A stretch of 64,000 nucleotides of DNA from positions 20,831,360-20,895,359 of the forward strand of contig NC_043019.1 in NCBI RefSeq assembly GCF_006345805.1, in the 5' to 3' direction. Below the pieces are notes generated by a model. The model was given only the letters and a program-made list of their open reading frames with translations. It had not been told where the DNA came from and did not search any database. Positions within the stretch are counted from its first letter, which is position 1; the number at the start of each line of letters is the position of its first letter. This DNA is from Octopus sinensis. Its lineage: Eukaryota. The translations under genes were made by a program, and so were the position numbers. Of the stretch, positions 1 to 53,767 are shown piece by piece.

Positions 1-163
1 TGGTGCAGCCTCCCGGTGTACCAGGTTTAAGCCCAGCCTCATGCTTCTGTTCTGTTCCACTGTGTGACAATGGGGAGTTGTGTCTTCTACTAAATCCACA
101 AGCCAAGAGTGAGTATGTGAGGGATATAGAAAAAGAGGAAGTGTGAGTGTGTGTGTATGTGAG

Positions 164-197
<34 letters not shown>

Positions 198-239
198 AGT
201 ATTTCTTTATTCACCATAAGGTTGAGAAAAGAGGGGACA

Positions 240-620
240 AACAAACGTTGGGGTCAGGGTATCGAATGAGACGAAACGTATGAATAAACAAACAATTAAA
301 ATACATACAATTAAATGAGAATGAGTGAATAACAAAAAATTAAGCAGAGGACGCGGTTGACCCCACAAACCACATACTCACACTGAAGACTTTGCTTTCT
401 CCTTTTTTACATTCTCGATTAAACAGGTTCTTTCACTCACAACATACTTGCTATAGACTTCCATCTTTTACGAAACACACTTTGCGACAGGCATTTCTTC
501 TCCAGCCTTATTTTCCGTTTCATGTGGAAAACGAAAAAGTCGATTAGCACGAGACTGGAGATGAACATGCCTGTTGCAATTCCTTTTACTCTCGTCTTCC
601 ACACTACTTCTTTCGCGAGA
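240..620 (-). mobile_element. L1/Tx1-clade LINE 3' fragment (decayed)
   Basis: Minus-strand translation ..LVLIDFFVFHMKRKIRLEKKCLSQSVFRKRWKSIASML resembles Tx1 ORF2 C-termini. Contains stops. Recognised from memory. Confidence 0.55.
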
Positions 621-837
621 GATAGACTGACAGATAGAGAGTTGTCCTTGTGATGGCTGATAATAATATCAACAGGATATTACATAATTTTTTTTTTGGT
701 TGCTGGACTGGAAGTTAGGGAAGCCATTTAGGAATCCTAATGAGTTTTGGAAGCTGATTTCTCCCAGAATAATATTGTGTTGGCAGTACATAACACCACC
801 CATTTGGTATTAAAAGGCTTTTAGACTTACATTACTT

Positions 838-995
838 CCATCTATCTATCTATCTATTTGTCTATATCTATCTATCTATCTATCTATTCTATCTATCTAT
901 CTATATATCTATCTATCTAATCTATCTATCTATCTATAGATCTATCTATCATCTATCTATCTATCTATCTATTCTATCTATCTATCTATCTAATA

Positions 996-1058
<63 letters not shown>

Positions 1059-1059
1059 A

Positions 1060-1136
<77 letters not shown>

Positions 1137-1140
1137 GTAT
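838..1140. repeat. (TCTA)n microsatellite
   Basis: Directly visible. A second (ATCT)n tract at ~32487-32575. Confidence 0.97.
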
Positions 1141-1631
1141 ATTTATATATCTATATGTCTGTCTGTCTATATGTATGTGTCTATCTCTCCCTCCCCCTCT
1201 CTCTTTACATGTACACACACACACACACATGAACCTAGATCTATGTGTGTGTGTGTCTATATATTTATACAGATACATATGTATATACATATATATACAT
1301 ACATATACATACATACATACATACACATATATATACACACACACATGCAATGTATTAACATACACTGCATGTACCACGTTCTCGCGTTGTCTATTTATTG
1401 TTTTTCATAGTTTTTTAAATTGATTATATATATATACACACACACACACAAAAGAAAACTACCCTTTAATAGGTAATTTATACATGCTAGAAATAGCATC
1501 CAACATGGCCAAAACCATGATTTTATATATATGTATATATATATATATATACTACACACACACGTATACATAATATATATTATATATAATATATATGCAT
1601 GTATATAAATGTATATACATACATATAATAT

Positions 1632-1676
<45 letters not shown>

Positions 1677-1953
1677 CAAAATAAGAAAATGGAGAAATAC
1701 ATCCAAATCAAATATCAATTACCAGATAATACCCAATCACATACTTTATTAAACCACCACATAAGAAACTTTAAGGTCAAACATAATAATATAGAACAAA
1801 ACAGTGTACATGAAGGAGTAATATGATACAATAAGTACAATATGTATAAGAGAATATAAATATAAATAAATAGCAGTATATTGGATATATGTTATCCCAT
1901 GGAGGGTTGCATTTACAACCCCTATCTCAATTTATATATATAATATATAATAT

Positions 1954-1988
<35 letters not shown>

Positions 1989-2029
1989 TATAATATATTA
2001 TATAATATATATATATATATAATATATAT

Positions 2030-2094
<65 letters not shown>

Positions 2095-2539
2095 AATCCA
2101 ACGGGAAAACAAAAAAACACAACAATGGAACAATTACAGTATTATATTAATAGGTGCTCAGGAAATGGAAGCAGGAATATATATATATATTATATATATA
2201 TATATATACACACATTCACACACACACAATATGTGCATATGCATGTATATATGTATGACATAATTTTATTAACCCTTTTGTAACACACCCATGCATTCTA
2301 TATGGGTTTCGACTGAGGAAACAAAGATCCTTATCTTTTTAATTAATGAACAAATTCAGTGACCCTACCATTGTGAAATCCGGTTTTAAAAAAATATTTC
2401 CTTTAAAAGGCGCCTACCATCTCATATTACCCAACTTTTCAAGAAATAACTGCTTTTTAGTGATATCTGCAACATCTGGAAAGCGGTGGGTTGCATATAA
2501 CCTAAATAACTAGCATAAGAATCACAAAGTAATAATAAC

Positions 2540-2571
<32 letters not shown>

Positions 2572-2799
2572 TAATAATAATAACTAGCTGGACCTGTGAA
2601 AAATTCATGGAAAATATAAAAAATTTAAGCATCTGTAAATTGTGTGCCGGTGCCATGAGAAACGGTTCTATATTGTGACAGTTACAGAATATAGAAAGTG
2701 TAAAACCAATAACTATAAAACCCAACCAAAATATCTCAGTTATCAATTGTAAACAGGATTACTATTTACTATTTAACCTAATGATAGGAATGGGATTTG

Positions 2800-3464
2800 C
2801 CCATTCTATTGGAGCAAGTCATGGAACACCAATGAAAGGACTAAAAAGAAAATAGGGAAGGCCAACTCTTGATATGATAGCCACAAATACCAGAGTGTCA
2901 TGTTCGTCGACACCACCCCTAGAGGCGAACTTGGCATACCACTTTAGAAGGGTCCTAGACAAACTTAAGCTAAGGATTAAGGTTGTTGAAAGACCAGGCA
3001 ACCCTATCAAATCCCTAATTGGTTGAACCTACTCTTTTAGTAGAACCACCTGTACTGATAAGAACTGTACTGTATGTAGTTTTAATCCACAAACAAACTG
3101 TAAAACCAGAAATGTATTCTATAGTATAAGATGTATAGAGGGACGATGCAGTAACAAGACAGCGATGTACATAGGGGAAACAGCATGGAGCATAGGAGAG
3201 TGGGTAAATGATCATTGGAGGGAACTTAAGGAAGAGAAGGGCTCATTGTTTCTGTACCAGCATGCCGAGCAGGAACATGGGGGCTCATTCAACAACATAG
3301 AAACTAAAATCTTGTCCACACGTAGAACAGACACAATGCTTAGACAAATTACAGAAGCTACACACATAATAGAAGATAAACCTAGCCTGAATAGGAAACT
3401 GGAATGGAACACTAGCACACCCGGCCAACACACCACAACATATGACAGAATAAGATCCCCATAA
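2800..3464 (+). mobile_element. Penelope-like element remnant: linker plus GIY-YIG endonuclease (pseudogenised)
   Basis: ..RIKVVERPGNPIKSL..CTDKNCTVC..NCKTRNVFYSIRC..C..MYIGETAWSIGEWVNDH...R...RQITEA..I..DKPSLNRKLEWN is a Cys-rich linker plus GIY-YIG pattern. Stops and frameshifts upstream. No RT seen. Confidence 0.8.
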
Positions 3465-3698
3465 ACTGATAACAATATGAACAAAATAGAATACAATACA
3501 CAAATATCTTGTAGCTAGAAGAGTTTGATGATGTGATTGTTTATTTTTAGGATGACATTGTAGAGAAGGTGTGAGAGGCCAAATCTGGCAGGTTTGAACT
3601 TAAACAGCTAGAATATTTGGGCTGGATATGACTGGTTTAAGATGCTAAAGGGTTAAGCAAGGCAATTTATTCATCTCTTCCCCATTCAATTCTCTCAG

Positions 3699-3748
3699 GT
3701 AGCCCAGAGAAGGACCTCGCCATCTTCTCCCTCTGTGAGAAACATCAT
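3699..3748 (+). CDS. Possible additional upstream exon of the PEF gene (..SPEKDLAIFSLCEKHH)
   Basis: Acceptor ttctctcag|, donor cat|gttagt, followed by a 90-nt intron to the 3839 acceptor. The frame is open and joins in phase 0 to DRYGNM. No homology support. Confidence 0.4.
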
Positions 3749-3838
3749 GTTAGTTGTTTCTCTGATCTTAAATATTACATTAACCATGAAGAACACTGGA
3801 TTTAATTTTCTTTATCCTTTTATATTTCTAATTCAAAG

Positions 3839-44365
<40,527 letters not shown>

Positions 44366-45924
44366 CCAAATCCGAGCCAATGAATTTGAACGATTTGAAG
44401 AGTTCTCAAGCGAGTAGACAACACACTAGAGCTGTCATATCTTTCTTTTTATATCTTCTCATGTTACCTAACTCCCTAAAAGAAAAAATAAGTAACTCAG
44501 GGTACTCCTATACGTGTAAATCAAATTTTTCAGTTATTTGTGGAACCAAACCGGAATATAGGTCTAAATGAAACTCTATGGTGTTACAGAAGACTTGAAC
44601 ACTAGACCAAAGAAAAACAAGCAGTTTGCTTAATGAAACAAATCAGAATAAAATAGTTAAAGGTTACGTTGAAGCTTTATCTAGATGTTCCTGTAATCAA
44701 AGCATTTCGAATGATTTTTCTGAAGATATTTTTTTCGTGGAAATTAACAGCTAAAAGCACTGAGAAATATATTTCACGTTGACCTGAAACCAGGTTAGTC
44801 CTTAATTGTGGACCACAAATTTTAATTTCTGTAATGATGTGTAAATAAAATTAAATTAACTTATTTCCTATTTTTATTCAGTAAATATTTTTTTCATTAA
44901 ACTCTTTAATAATTCACTAATTTGATTTTGTAACACACAAAATTATATTTCAAGCATAGTTAAATAAGTTTCGCACTGGCTTGGAACTAGAGCAACCATT
45001 AAGCAACTATGAATCTGTTCACTTGAATTTCTGTAATCATGTATAAAATAACTGTTTTTCTTTATTTTCTATTTTCATTCAGAAAAAAATCTACAAAACC
45101 TTTAATAACTGACGAATTAGGTTCAGTAATTTAAGATATATAACCAGTCAACATCTCGCTTGCAAATAATTAAAAAACGATTTTAGTTAAGCTTATGTTT
45201 AAATTAGAGACAAAATTAAGATTATGTTCACACGCAAGTTAAAATCCTAGTTAACCTTTGTAATTAAGAAGCCTATATAAACCGGGTCTCAAGTTTCATA
45301 ATAGGCTGGTATTGTACTTGTCTGGAAGAGGATAAGAAATCGTATGTGAGAGAATATATCTATGGCCAGGCCGTATAAGTCCGATGAAAGAAAATACACT
45401 AAACATGCGTTTTAATAAAAAAAAGTTTAACTTAGTTGAATATGCATACATTTTAAATGGTTTCCAGTACTACTAAGGTACAATACATATGTACTCTTGG
45501 ATTAATTGAAAATACTGACATAAGCTCCGTTATTTAGCGATAAGATCAGTTTACCTATCTCAGCTTCCCCACCACACACCAAATTCTGAAAGATGTTATG
45601 TAAGAGGATTTCCGTAGATTTGAGTGGCAAAGAAAATTCTTGCACTATTTCCTCTCAAAACTTGAAAAGTGGTCTTCTAAGCGATCTTCTCCCGGAAATT
45701 CGTAAATTGACATAAGACGCAGATTTTTTCCCACCGAAAAGGCGTCCCAAAAATGAGATATTGCCCAAAATGCTAAGTTGGGTCTTCCATAAGTTTTAAG
45801 GCACTAAAGTACCAAGCTTTAAAAACAAACAAAATCAATAAAGTACTGGGGTCGATTTGTTCGACTTATCCCTTTAAAGCGGCTCCCTAGCATGGCCACA
45901 GTCAATGACTGAAACAACTAAAAC

Positions 45925-46327
45925 GGGATCTTTTCGGTTTGAACGGCAGTTTTTTAAAAATAATTTCCACGTAACTAAACACTTTTAAACTTCGTACACT
46001 GGTAGAATGTGTTTATAAAACATCTTTTTCTCTTGGCTTTGAGAAAATTCTATGTAAGATATTTGTATTTTTTATTCAGTTTCTACAATTTCAACCAATC
46101 AATGACGTCTATTGAGGTGAAAACATTCTGTGCCGTATGAATATGCCCCTCGTTTAAGAAACAGATTGGGTTTATTTACATTTCTGAAGAAAAAAAGATA
46201 CCCTTCACCCCACCCCTAACCCTAAAACAGATTGAAATGCAATAGATCGATACTAGGGTCATAATTATGGGTGACAATTTTATATGACACCGCTAGAAAA
46301 AACTGCCGTTCAAACCAAAAAGTTCCC
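45925..46327. mobile_element. MITE, GGATCTTTTC family
   Basis: TIR GGGATCTTTTCGGTTTGAACGGCAGTTTT/AAAACTGCCGTTCAAACCAAAAAGTTCCC. Flanks TAAAAC/TAAAAG. Confidence 0.88.
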
Positions 46328-48361
46328 TAAAAGATTAAGGCCGTAATGGTGCCAGAGAATTAAAATGGCGCATCTAGAAAGACTAGAGAAACTAAAATTA
46401 CTAAGGAAAGGGAGCTGTGAGAAACGAAGAAGTGAATAATCAAAGCTAAATTCCGTCGATTTCGATGATAAATAAGCAATTTTTCGATCAATTGTATATG
46501 TCTATCTATCCATACATACATATCAATCTATCTGCATCTCTAATTACTCACAGCGGTTAACGCCAATTTTAACAAGTAAAATTTTCCCGTGTGGTATTAG
46601 TGCTACGTTGACTGTATATAAAAAGAAAAGGCCTTATCACTCACTGTCGGAAATGCTAGGGAATATTGAAAGTATTAACCAATTTTATTGTAGAAAAAAT
46701 ACTAAGAATAATGAGAACATTTAAATACAAAGAAACAGGAAAGAGAGAAGGTAAAGGAAAAAGAAAAGTGTGTGTGCGAGGGAAAAGCAGTGGAAGACGG
46801 AGTGTGTGAACGTAACTAACTTTGTTTTAATTTAAAGGTAAGCTTGACTAAAAGCGCTGACTAATAAGGTTTGTGACGTGATGAGAATCGAAATAAGGAA
46901 CAAAGGAGATTGGATGAGATATTAACAAGTGTGTAGAGCGCAGATGACCAAATGGTTAAGAAGCCCGCCTTCGCCATCAAGTGGTCTTGTGTTCAATCCA
47001 GCTGAGTGGCATCTTGCCACGAAAAGTCTTTGTAGAAATACAACTTGTTGTTTATACACGCATGCCGGCACATTGAGCTCGCAAACACCCGCTATTTCGG
47101 TTCCTTTGCTCAAACATGCAAACAAACGCGACAGTCTCACCGGAATGGGTTGCCCTGCGAGAAATAATAGCTATATCTCACTCGAATTACAGGCGGAATT
47201 AAATAAATGATACATTGTCGTCCCTAATGTATACGAAAGTGAATGACACGCTTGGAATGCTTCGTACTAGAAAGTCTTAATTAAGACGATTAGTGATAAG
47301 AACAAATTTAACTTGGAAAAAAAAAAAAACAGGACGGAAACCCCTGAAATATTGGTTTCAACGGTTTAGCACAAGGCTAGCAATTTCAGGGGAAAATCGA
47401 TTATAACAACGTCAGAGCTAAACTGATACGTGACCTCGGCAAAATTTGAACTCAGAACGTAAAGGCGGAAGAAAATACTGCGAAACGTGTTGCCCGGTGT
47501 GCTACGATCCTGCCAGCTCACTGCCTTAACGAATCATGAACTATTGGAATATGAAAATATAACTAGAGGGAGTAATCTATATACCCAGGAGGTTTTGTGG
47601 ACGTTAGTTTTGTCGTCGATGGCTTATTTATAGCGGAGGTGGAATGGAGACAAAGACAAGGTTGTTTCGGCTAGGTTATTCATAGTCAAAAAAATTATGG
47701 TTAATGGAATTCATTGGGATCTTTTCTGTTCCGCTCACAATTTTTTATTCTTTTTTGTTCCAGATGTTTTGAAATTTGGCGTACTAATGTAGTTTTATAT
47801 AGTAATTATGGAAATGAAATTCATTTTTGTCGTAAATTAATAAAAAGCTTTTAAAGTTTGGAAATTGAGTGATTTTAGCCAATCGAAAACTAGAAATATT
47901 GGTGCCTGTTTCCATAGTAACAAGCCAAAATATAGTCTGCTTCACCAATGTTTGAGAAACGGATATTTTCGGCTGCTGTCCTGTCTCAAACATTTTCATA
48001 ATTTTGAACTATGTTTTTCTGGAGCTTTTCAACCTAATTAGAAATATGACAGCAGCCAACTCATTTTAACCTTTCGAATATGATGGAGAAATTGAAAACC
48101 AAGGAGGATGCGGTTTCTCACTTGCAAGAGAAGAGAGTTATCCCCAAAAGACAATTATGTACAAAAAAGACACTTGATTTTGTGTTGAAGAATTAGGGAT
48201 GAGCCACTGCACAGCTGTTGATTACAACGGCGATGTTCGTGAAATATGTGCTGAGGACCTGCTCTGCAACTTAGACTGGAAAGATTGCGATTGACGAAAC
48301 AATTTTCTCAAGACAAATACAACTGAGGAAAGGTGTGGCCTGAGCAGTGGGTCTTCAGAGG

Positions 48362-48763
48362 AGTATACTCTTTACTCTTTTACTTGTTTCAGTCATTTGA
48401 CTGCGGCCATGCTGGAGCACCGCCTTTAGTCGAGCAAATCGACCCCGGGTCTTATTCTTTGTAAGCCCAGTACTTATTCTATCGGTCTTTTTTGCCGAAC
48501 CGCTAAGTGACGGGGACGTAAACACACCAGCATCGGTTGTCAAGCAATGCTAGGGGGACAAACACAGACACACAAACATACACACGCATATATATATATG
48601 TACATATTTACGACGGGCTTCTTTCAGTTTCCGTCTACCAAATCTACTCACAAGGCTTTGGTCGGCCCGAGGCTATAGTAGAAGACACTTGCCCAAGATG
48701 CCACGCAGTGGGACTGAACCCGGAACCATGTGGTTGGTAAGCAAGCTACTTACCACACAGCCA
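48362..48763 (-). mobile_element. SINE group B
   Basis: Near-identical to the other group B copies. Confidence 0.9.
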
Positions 48764-51028
48764 TTTTATATGTCGGAATCACGACACACGAGAGTAATGC
48801 ATATGGATGTCTTGTACCTCTGCGAGTTTATGTGGAGATACGAAAATTTTAATTTTTTTTTTTTTTTTGATAAATTCCTCGATTGTATTGCAAAGTTTCG
48901 TTTTTGAATTTTCGCAACAAAAAAATGTATTTAATTTTCCAGAAAGAAAAAAATCATTGAGGATTTCTTCTTTTAAAACTCATTTCACATGACTTTATTC
49001 ATTAAAACTTATTAAGACTTCCGTCGTTGAATGTTTTATCATCGTAATCTCATCACGCACAAAGTCCCAGTTTCCAAATCCTGTTTTCTGATTGGGTAAA
49101 AATAAACTTTAAACCACTAACATTTTTCTGGAAGTTTTTTGAAACGAGTGAATAACAAAATCAGATTCAGCGTGAAAAATTATATCAGTTTGAACATTTT
49201 CACTTGATTTTAAAATTTCAAAAACTGAACGACACAGAGAGATCCTTCACTTTTTTTGAAGATTAGGGTTTACATTTTTTAAAATGCATTTTGTATTTAA
49301 GATATTTTAAATTGAGGCAGATAAGTTTATTATCTCTGTTTTCTGAAAATATAAAAGGACGGAAGGTCACGGTTGAAGTACATTTAACAAGTAATGTGCT
49401 AACTCTGAATTCAAGGGTTAAACACAAACAGCAACAGAAGTTTGCTAAAGAGTTTATGCTGTCCTGCTAAAGATAGTAGCCAAATCTCTCAAATCATACC
49501 CTGCTATCTTAAAAGGGCATATTAGATAAAGTAACCCTACATGCTTATTTTAAAGATGAGGTGGTCACTTCTAGAATACTTTTGATCGTATGTCTGCTAG
49601 ATGTCAGGGTTAACCTGGTGTTAAACGACCACGGCGCCACACAAGATAAAGAGTAACAGCCGCTCGGTGATGATAACTTGAGTGGAGTCACCACACGTTG
49701 AATTCATAAAAGAAATTAGAAAGTTTATCTTTAAAAGCTAAAGCATTAAAAGGTTCCATGGTTTGCGAAGTTGATCAAACGACCAATCAGTTGTAGGATC
49801 GAACGGAAATCGGTTCCATAGAACATATTTCTTCAGCATGGTTATTAAAATAATAGAACTACAGAGACGGTTCGTTCTTCAATATGTTTTACAGTAATTA
49901 CAATATATGCGTAAGAATTCATTATTCTGGCATAAGGCAGTTTTGCGACATTCAAAAAGCAGGATATTATTGGTAATGGTTATACATAGTCCACTGTCGG
50001 CGAAATTTGAACTCGGAACATGGGAATAACGGGTCAAGTACCGACCACTGAGTTCATAAAAAAAATTCTTACGTAGTAGAAAATATGGAATTCTATCGTT
50101 GTTTTGATAAATATTCATCAACGAAGTAATTAAGATATTTTAGATTTTCAGTACAGATAAAAACAGAGCTAGGGTGTCCGTTTATCGAGCCGGGAACTTT
50201 CCACTGCCTACAATGGAATTAACTACAACACACATAAACGTTAGCGACGATGGTGGTAGAAAGTTGTGATATTCGAATCTTTCCTGTGAATATTGATTTA
50301 AAAATTTGGCATAAGGCCAGCAAGATTTGGGAAGTGGGTATCGACTTATTTTATCTTTTTATCGATCTCAAACGGATGAAAGGCAAAGCCTATCTCGGCG
50401 GAATTTGAACTCAGAACGTAAGGCCGGACGAAATACCGCGAAGCATTTAGTCTGACGTGCTAACGATTGCTGTTTCGTCGCCCTAGTCTATCCTTTCCTA
50501 TAAATATCAACTGCAGAAGGCAACAGGAGGCTGAAGCTAGAATGAAAAACCTAGAATGCAATCACCCCACTTTAACGTATATGAGACGAAATCTTCGCTA
50601 AGATTTATCTGTAAATTCGAAGTATTGTAAAGTTGATTTGATGAATTAATGTAGAAAAATTATAGTGATCTTAAAGCAAATTGCGTGTGTGATGCATTTT
50701 ACTAAAATTTTAAAATTAAGTTGTTGAAATCTTTGAAATTACTTTTAAAATGTTTGACCAAAGAACTCAGTAAAACTATAAAGAAGACGGGAGTTACAGA
50801 AAAAATTTAAAAATTTAGGTATTCGACCATAAGGAGAAAATATGAATGTAAGAAAAAAAAAAATCTTAGACCTCTAAAAGATTTAAATTTGAATGTGTGT
50901 TTGTATACTTGTGTTCGGGTATATGTACATGTATACTTCTGGTTGGTTGGTTGGTTGGGTGTGTGTGTGTGTGTGTGTGTGTGTGAGCGCGCGATATATG
51001 TACATGTATGTGTGCATATATATATAGC

Positions 51029-53020
51029 TCAGATTTCATCGGGAGTACGCTTGGAACCCTGCCAAGTTTGTATGGTATAATCAGTAAAATAAAACGTTTG
51101 AGTTTCGATGTGTTTGTTCGTCGATGTCACCCATGTAGAAATACTCTTTTCGCAACAAAAGACGGTGAGTATTGGATTGCCAATAAGTGGAAGCGAAGTG
51201 TAAGGCAGAATATTTGCGCTGAAATTACTCAAGTTATACATGGCAACTTGGAAAACATACGGTGCCCTCTGCACCCCAACATACAATTTGTCAAAAGCGC
51301 TGGTCACTTGGAGGTCGTAATCAGGAGTAGAACACTTGATAGGTAAAGGAGGTAAGTTGGGCGCAGGAAGACCAATTGTTACTTTCTCCCAAGTTCGATC
51401 TTCAAGTAAAAGACACGTTGCTTCCATGAAATATTCCTCATGAGCGAGTAACGATGATCGGAACTTCTCCGCAAGAATTTTGTGGTCTACGTGTTTCAAG
51501 AAGCATATGCGGTCTTGCAAGAAAACAGCAGGCGTTTTCTGAAGGCAGATGGGTTCATGCCAACGAGATCCGCAAGTTTCATACTTCTTTGAAGTTATGT
51601 CGAAAGAAATGACGTGGAAATTCTTCAATTCCTGAAATTGATATTCTCCATGTGCCGTTTGGGCCACCTCAACTCTCCGTTTGGTTGATACAGTCACCAT
51701 CAAATACGAGTTAAAAAGATCAATGTGAACTTTAAGCGCGACCGACGCCTTGTCTCCGGGACACATTTCATCTCCAAAATATTCATAATTTATCTCCATA
51801 TGTAAGTTCCAAGAATCGGACAAAGTGTCATATTTATAAACACCAAATACTGGCTTCCGGTTTAGTCCAGAAAAAGTAGTGATCAAAACATACAAATCTC
51901 CATCGAGGCAAAATATATCAAAGGTATCTTCCTCTGTCGTCAAGGTTTTCTTATCAAGTGAGCGAAATATATTGGAAACGGGTTTGCTAGAGCTGTTTGT
52001 CAAATCAACGAGGGAGACGTTAGTTTTAGCGCTCACATGAACGAGGTAATATGGGTTTATAATCCCTATAATATCGCCAGGTTCCCAAAAGATAGTCGTG
52101 AGAAACCATGTCTTAGTAAGACCACAGTAGAAGGCCGCTAGATCGTTCCCTTCCTCTTGTACCAGTAAGCACCACTGAAATTTCTTATCGCTTGAATCGC
52201 TAATTGATAGTCTTTTAATTTCCAAAGAATGTCCTGCTTCTGATATTAAGGGGGAAAAGCGATCCTTCAGTTTCGTTTTTAAACTGGGATCAAGGTCATC
52301 GAATGCATCGGTTTCATTGAAGTTGTAACCCGAAGGTAGAGGATTTTGACGAATGTAGTTGCTAATTAAAAACTCTGCTTCAGTTAGCCGTGCGGTGTCG
52401 TCATAACTAAGCCACCACAGTACCATCTCAATACGGTCCACTGAATTTATATTCAAACGTGTATCGTGAAGCAAAGAAGTCAAGAAAGGTGCCGTCAAAA
52501 CGTATACGGATTTAGTGAATATGAATTTTCGACAGAAGGTAGCCTGGACGACGATTTGAGACACTTCTTCCAACTCACGCAAGTCGTACAAGTGAGCTAC
52601 GTACCAGGTCTGAAGTGCGTTTTGAGGTTGAAGACGTTCCAGTAAAAACTGTGCACAGTGACCTTGGAGTTCAAGCAGTAAGAACTGCACGGATATGTCA
52701 AGGATCTCCATGACGGTGTCACTCGTCAAATAAATCTCTCCATCATAGATGTAATCGAGCACGCTGCTCAGGGTTGTAATGTCGCTAAAGGAAGATGAGA
52801 AATCAACGAGGTTTTTCTTTTTCTCGCTGAAATCAGATTGAAACATAACTTGAAAGTAATTGCTCGCTGAACACAGAATGATTTTGTGGGCAGCGATTTT
52901 GTCTTCCCCCACGACAAACTCCACATCACACAAGAACCCTTTTTTGTAAAAGGAAAGCAAGCTACGCCACTGACGATTCTGGGGCAAATCGTGGTAAGTT
53001 CGTTGCTGACTAGCATCCAT
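51029..53020 (-). CDS. BTB-BACK protein with degenerate Kelch-like beta-propeller (KLHL/KBTBD-like CUL3 adaptor), 663 aa, single coding exon
   Basis: Uninterrupted ORF. BTB signature FLCDVEFVVGEDKIAAHKIILCSASNYFQVMF...LDYIYDGEI, and BACK-like region (CAQFL...NALQTWYVAHLYDL.EL...). Blade-like segments such as DGDLYVL...VYKYDTLSDSW. A splice acceptor (tttttttttcag|AT-ATG) at 53023-53024 implies an upstream exon. Confidence 0.92.
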   Translation of the reverse strand: MDASQQRTYHDLPQNRQWRSLLSFYKKGFLCDVEFVVGEDKIAAHKIILCSASNYFQVMFQSDFSEKKKNLVDFSSSFSDITTLSSVLDYIYDGEIYLTSDTVMEILDISVQFLLLELQGHCAQFLLERLQPQNALQTWYVAHLYDLRELEEVSQIVVQATFCRKFIFTKSVYVLTAPFLTSLLHDTRLNINSVDRIEMVLWWLSYDDTARLTEAEFLISNYIRQNPLPSGYNFNETDAFDDLDPSLKTKLKDRFSPLISEAGHSLEIKRLSISDSSDKKFQWCLLVQEEGNDLAAFYCGLTKTWFLTTIFWEPGDIIGIINPYYLVHVSAKTNVSLVDLTNSSSKPVSNIFRSLDKKTLTTEEDTFDIFCLDGDLYVLITTFSGLNRKPVFGVYKYDTLSDSWNLHMEINYEYFGDEMCPGDKASVALKVHIDLFNSYLMVTVSTKRRVEVAQTAHGEYQFQELKNFHVISFDITSKKYETCGSRWHEPICLQKTPAVFLQDRICFLKHVDHKILAEKFRSSLLAHEEYFMEATCLLLEDRTWEKVTIGLPAPNLPPLPIKCSTPDYDLQVTSAFDKLYVGVQRAPYVFQVAMYNLSNFSANILPYTSLPLIGNPILTVFCCEKSISTWVTSTNKHIETQTFYFTDYTIQTWQGSKRTPDEI

Positions 53021-53114
53021 ATCTGAAAAAAAAAAGGAAATATTTATTAATGTACGGGGTAGAATAGATGTTAAAGTATGGGATTAAAAACGCAATTTTA
53101 CCTTCTTATCAATG

Positions 53115-53480
53115 GATGGAAGCACTCCGTCGGTTACGACGATGAGGGTTCCGGTTGATCCGAATCAACGGAACAGCCTGTTCGTGAAATTAACGTGCAA
53201 GTGGCTGAGCACTCCACAGACACGTGTACCCTTAACGTAGTTCTCGGGGATATTCAGCGTGACACAGAGAGTGACAAGGCCGGCCCTTTGAAATACAGGT
53301 ACAACAGAAACAGGAAGTAAGAGTGAGAGAAAGTTGTGGTGAAAGAGTACAGCAGGGATCACCACCATCCGCTGCCGGAGCCGCGTGGAGCTTTAGGTGT
53401 TTTCGGTCAATAAACACTAACAACGCCCGGTCTGGGAATCGAAACCGCGATCCTATGACCACTAGGCCATTGCGCCTCCA
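53115..53480 (-). mobile_element. tRNA-Arg-like SINE, group C
   Basis: Same body as 14620-14935, with a longer 3' tail. Lies ~95 nt upstream of the BTB exon acceptor. Confidence 0.88.
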
Positions 53481-53686
53481 CTAAACTGATAATACTTGTT
53501 CCAGTATAGAAATGAATTGAGAAAACATTTGAGTCGTGATGAAAGCTAAACAGGCTAGAATTAGATTAATACACATGTTTGAAAGTCTTTGATTGATTAA
53601 AATACAGGTGTGTTTAGTATTCATAATGTTTATACAAACATGGAAAGGAACTAGTAATATTTTGTATCATAAGGTTAGGCTTAAAA

Positions 53687-53767
53687 AGTCGTAGGATCGA
53701 CTATTTGCGACTAGCTAGCGCGGATGCTCGAGTGCGCGCACCGGGACCACTGTTCGCTAGTAGTACC
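53687..53767. repeat. 81-bp CpG-dense palindromic module, copy 1 (unclassified)
   Basis: 71/81 ungapped identity to 61371-61451. Confidence 0.85.

Noticed and set aside
51008-51346. 112-aa plus-strand ORF
   Set aside because: Antisense shadow of the BTB-Kelch CDS.
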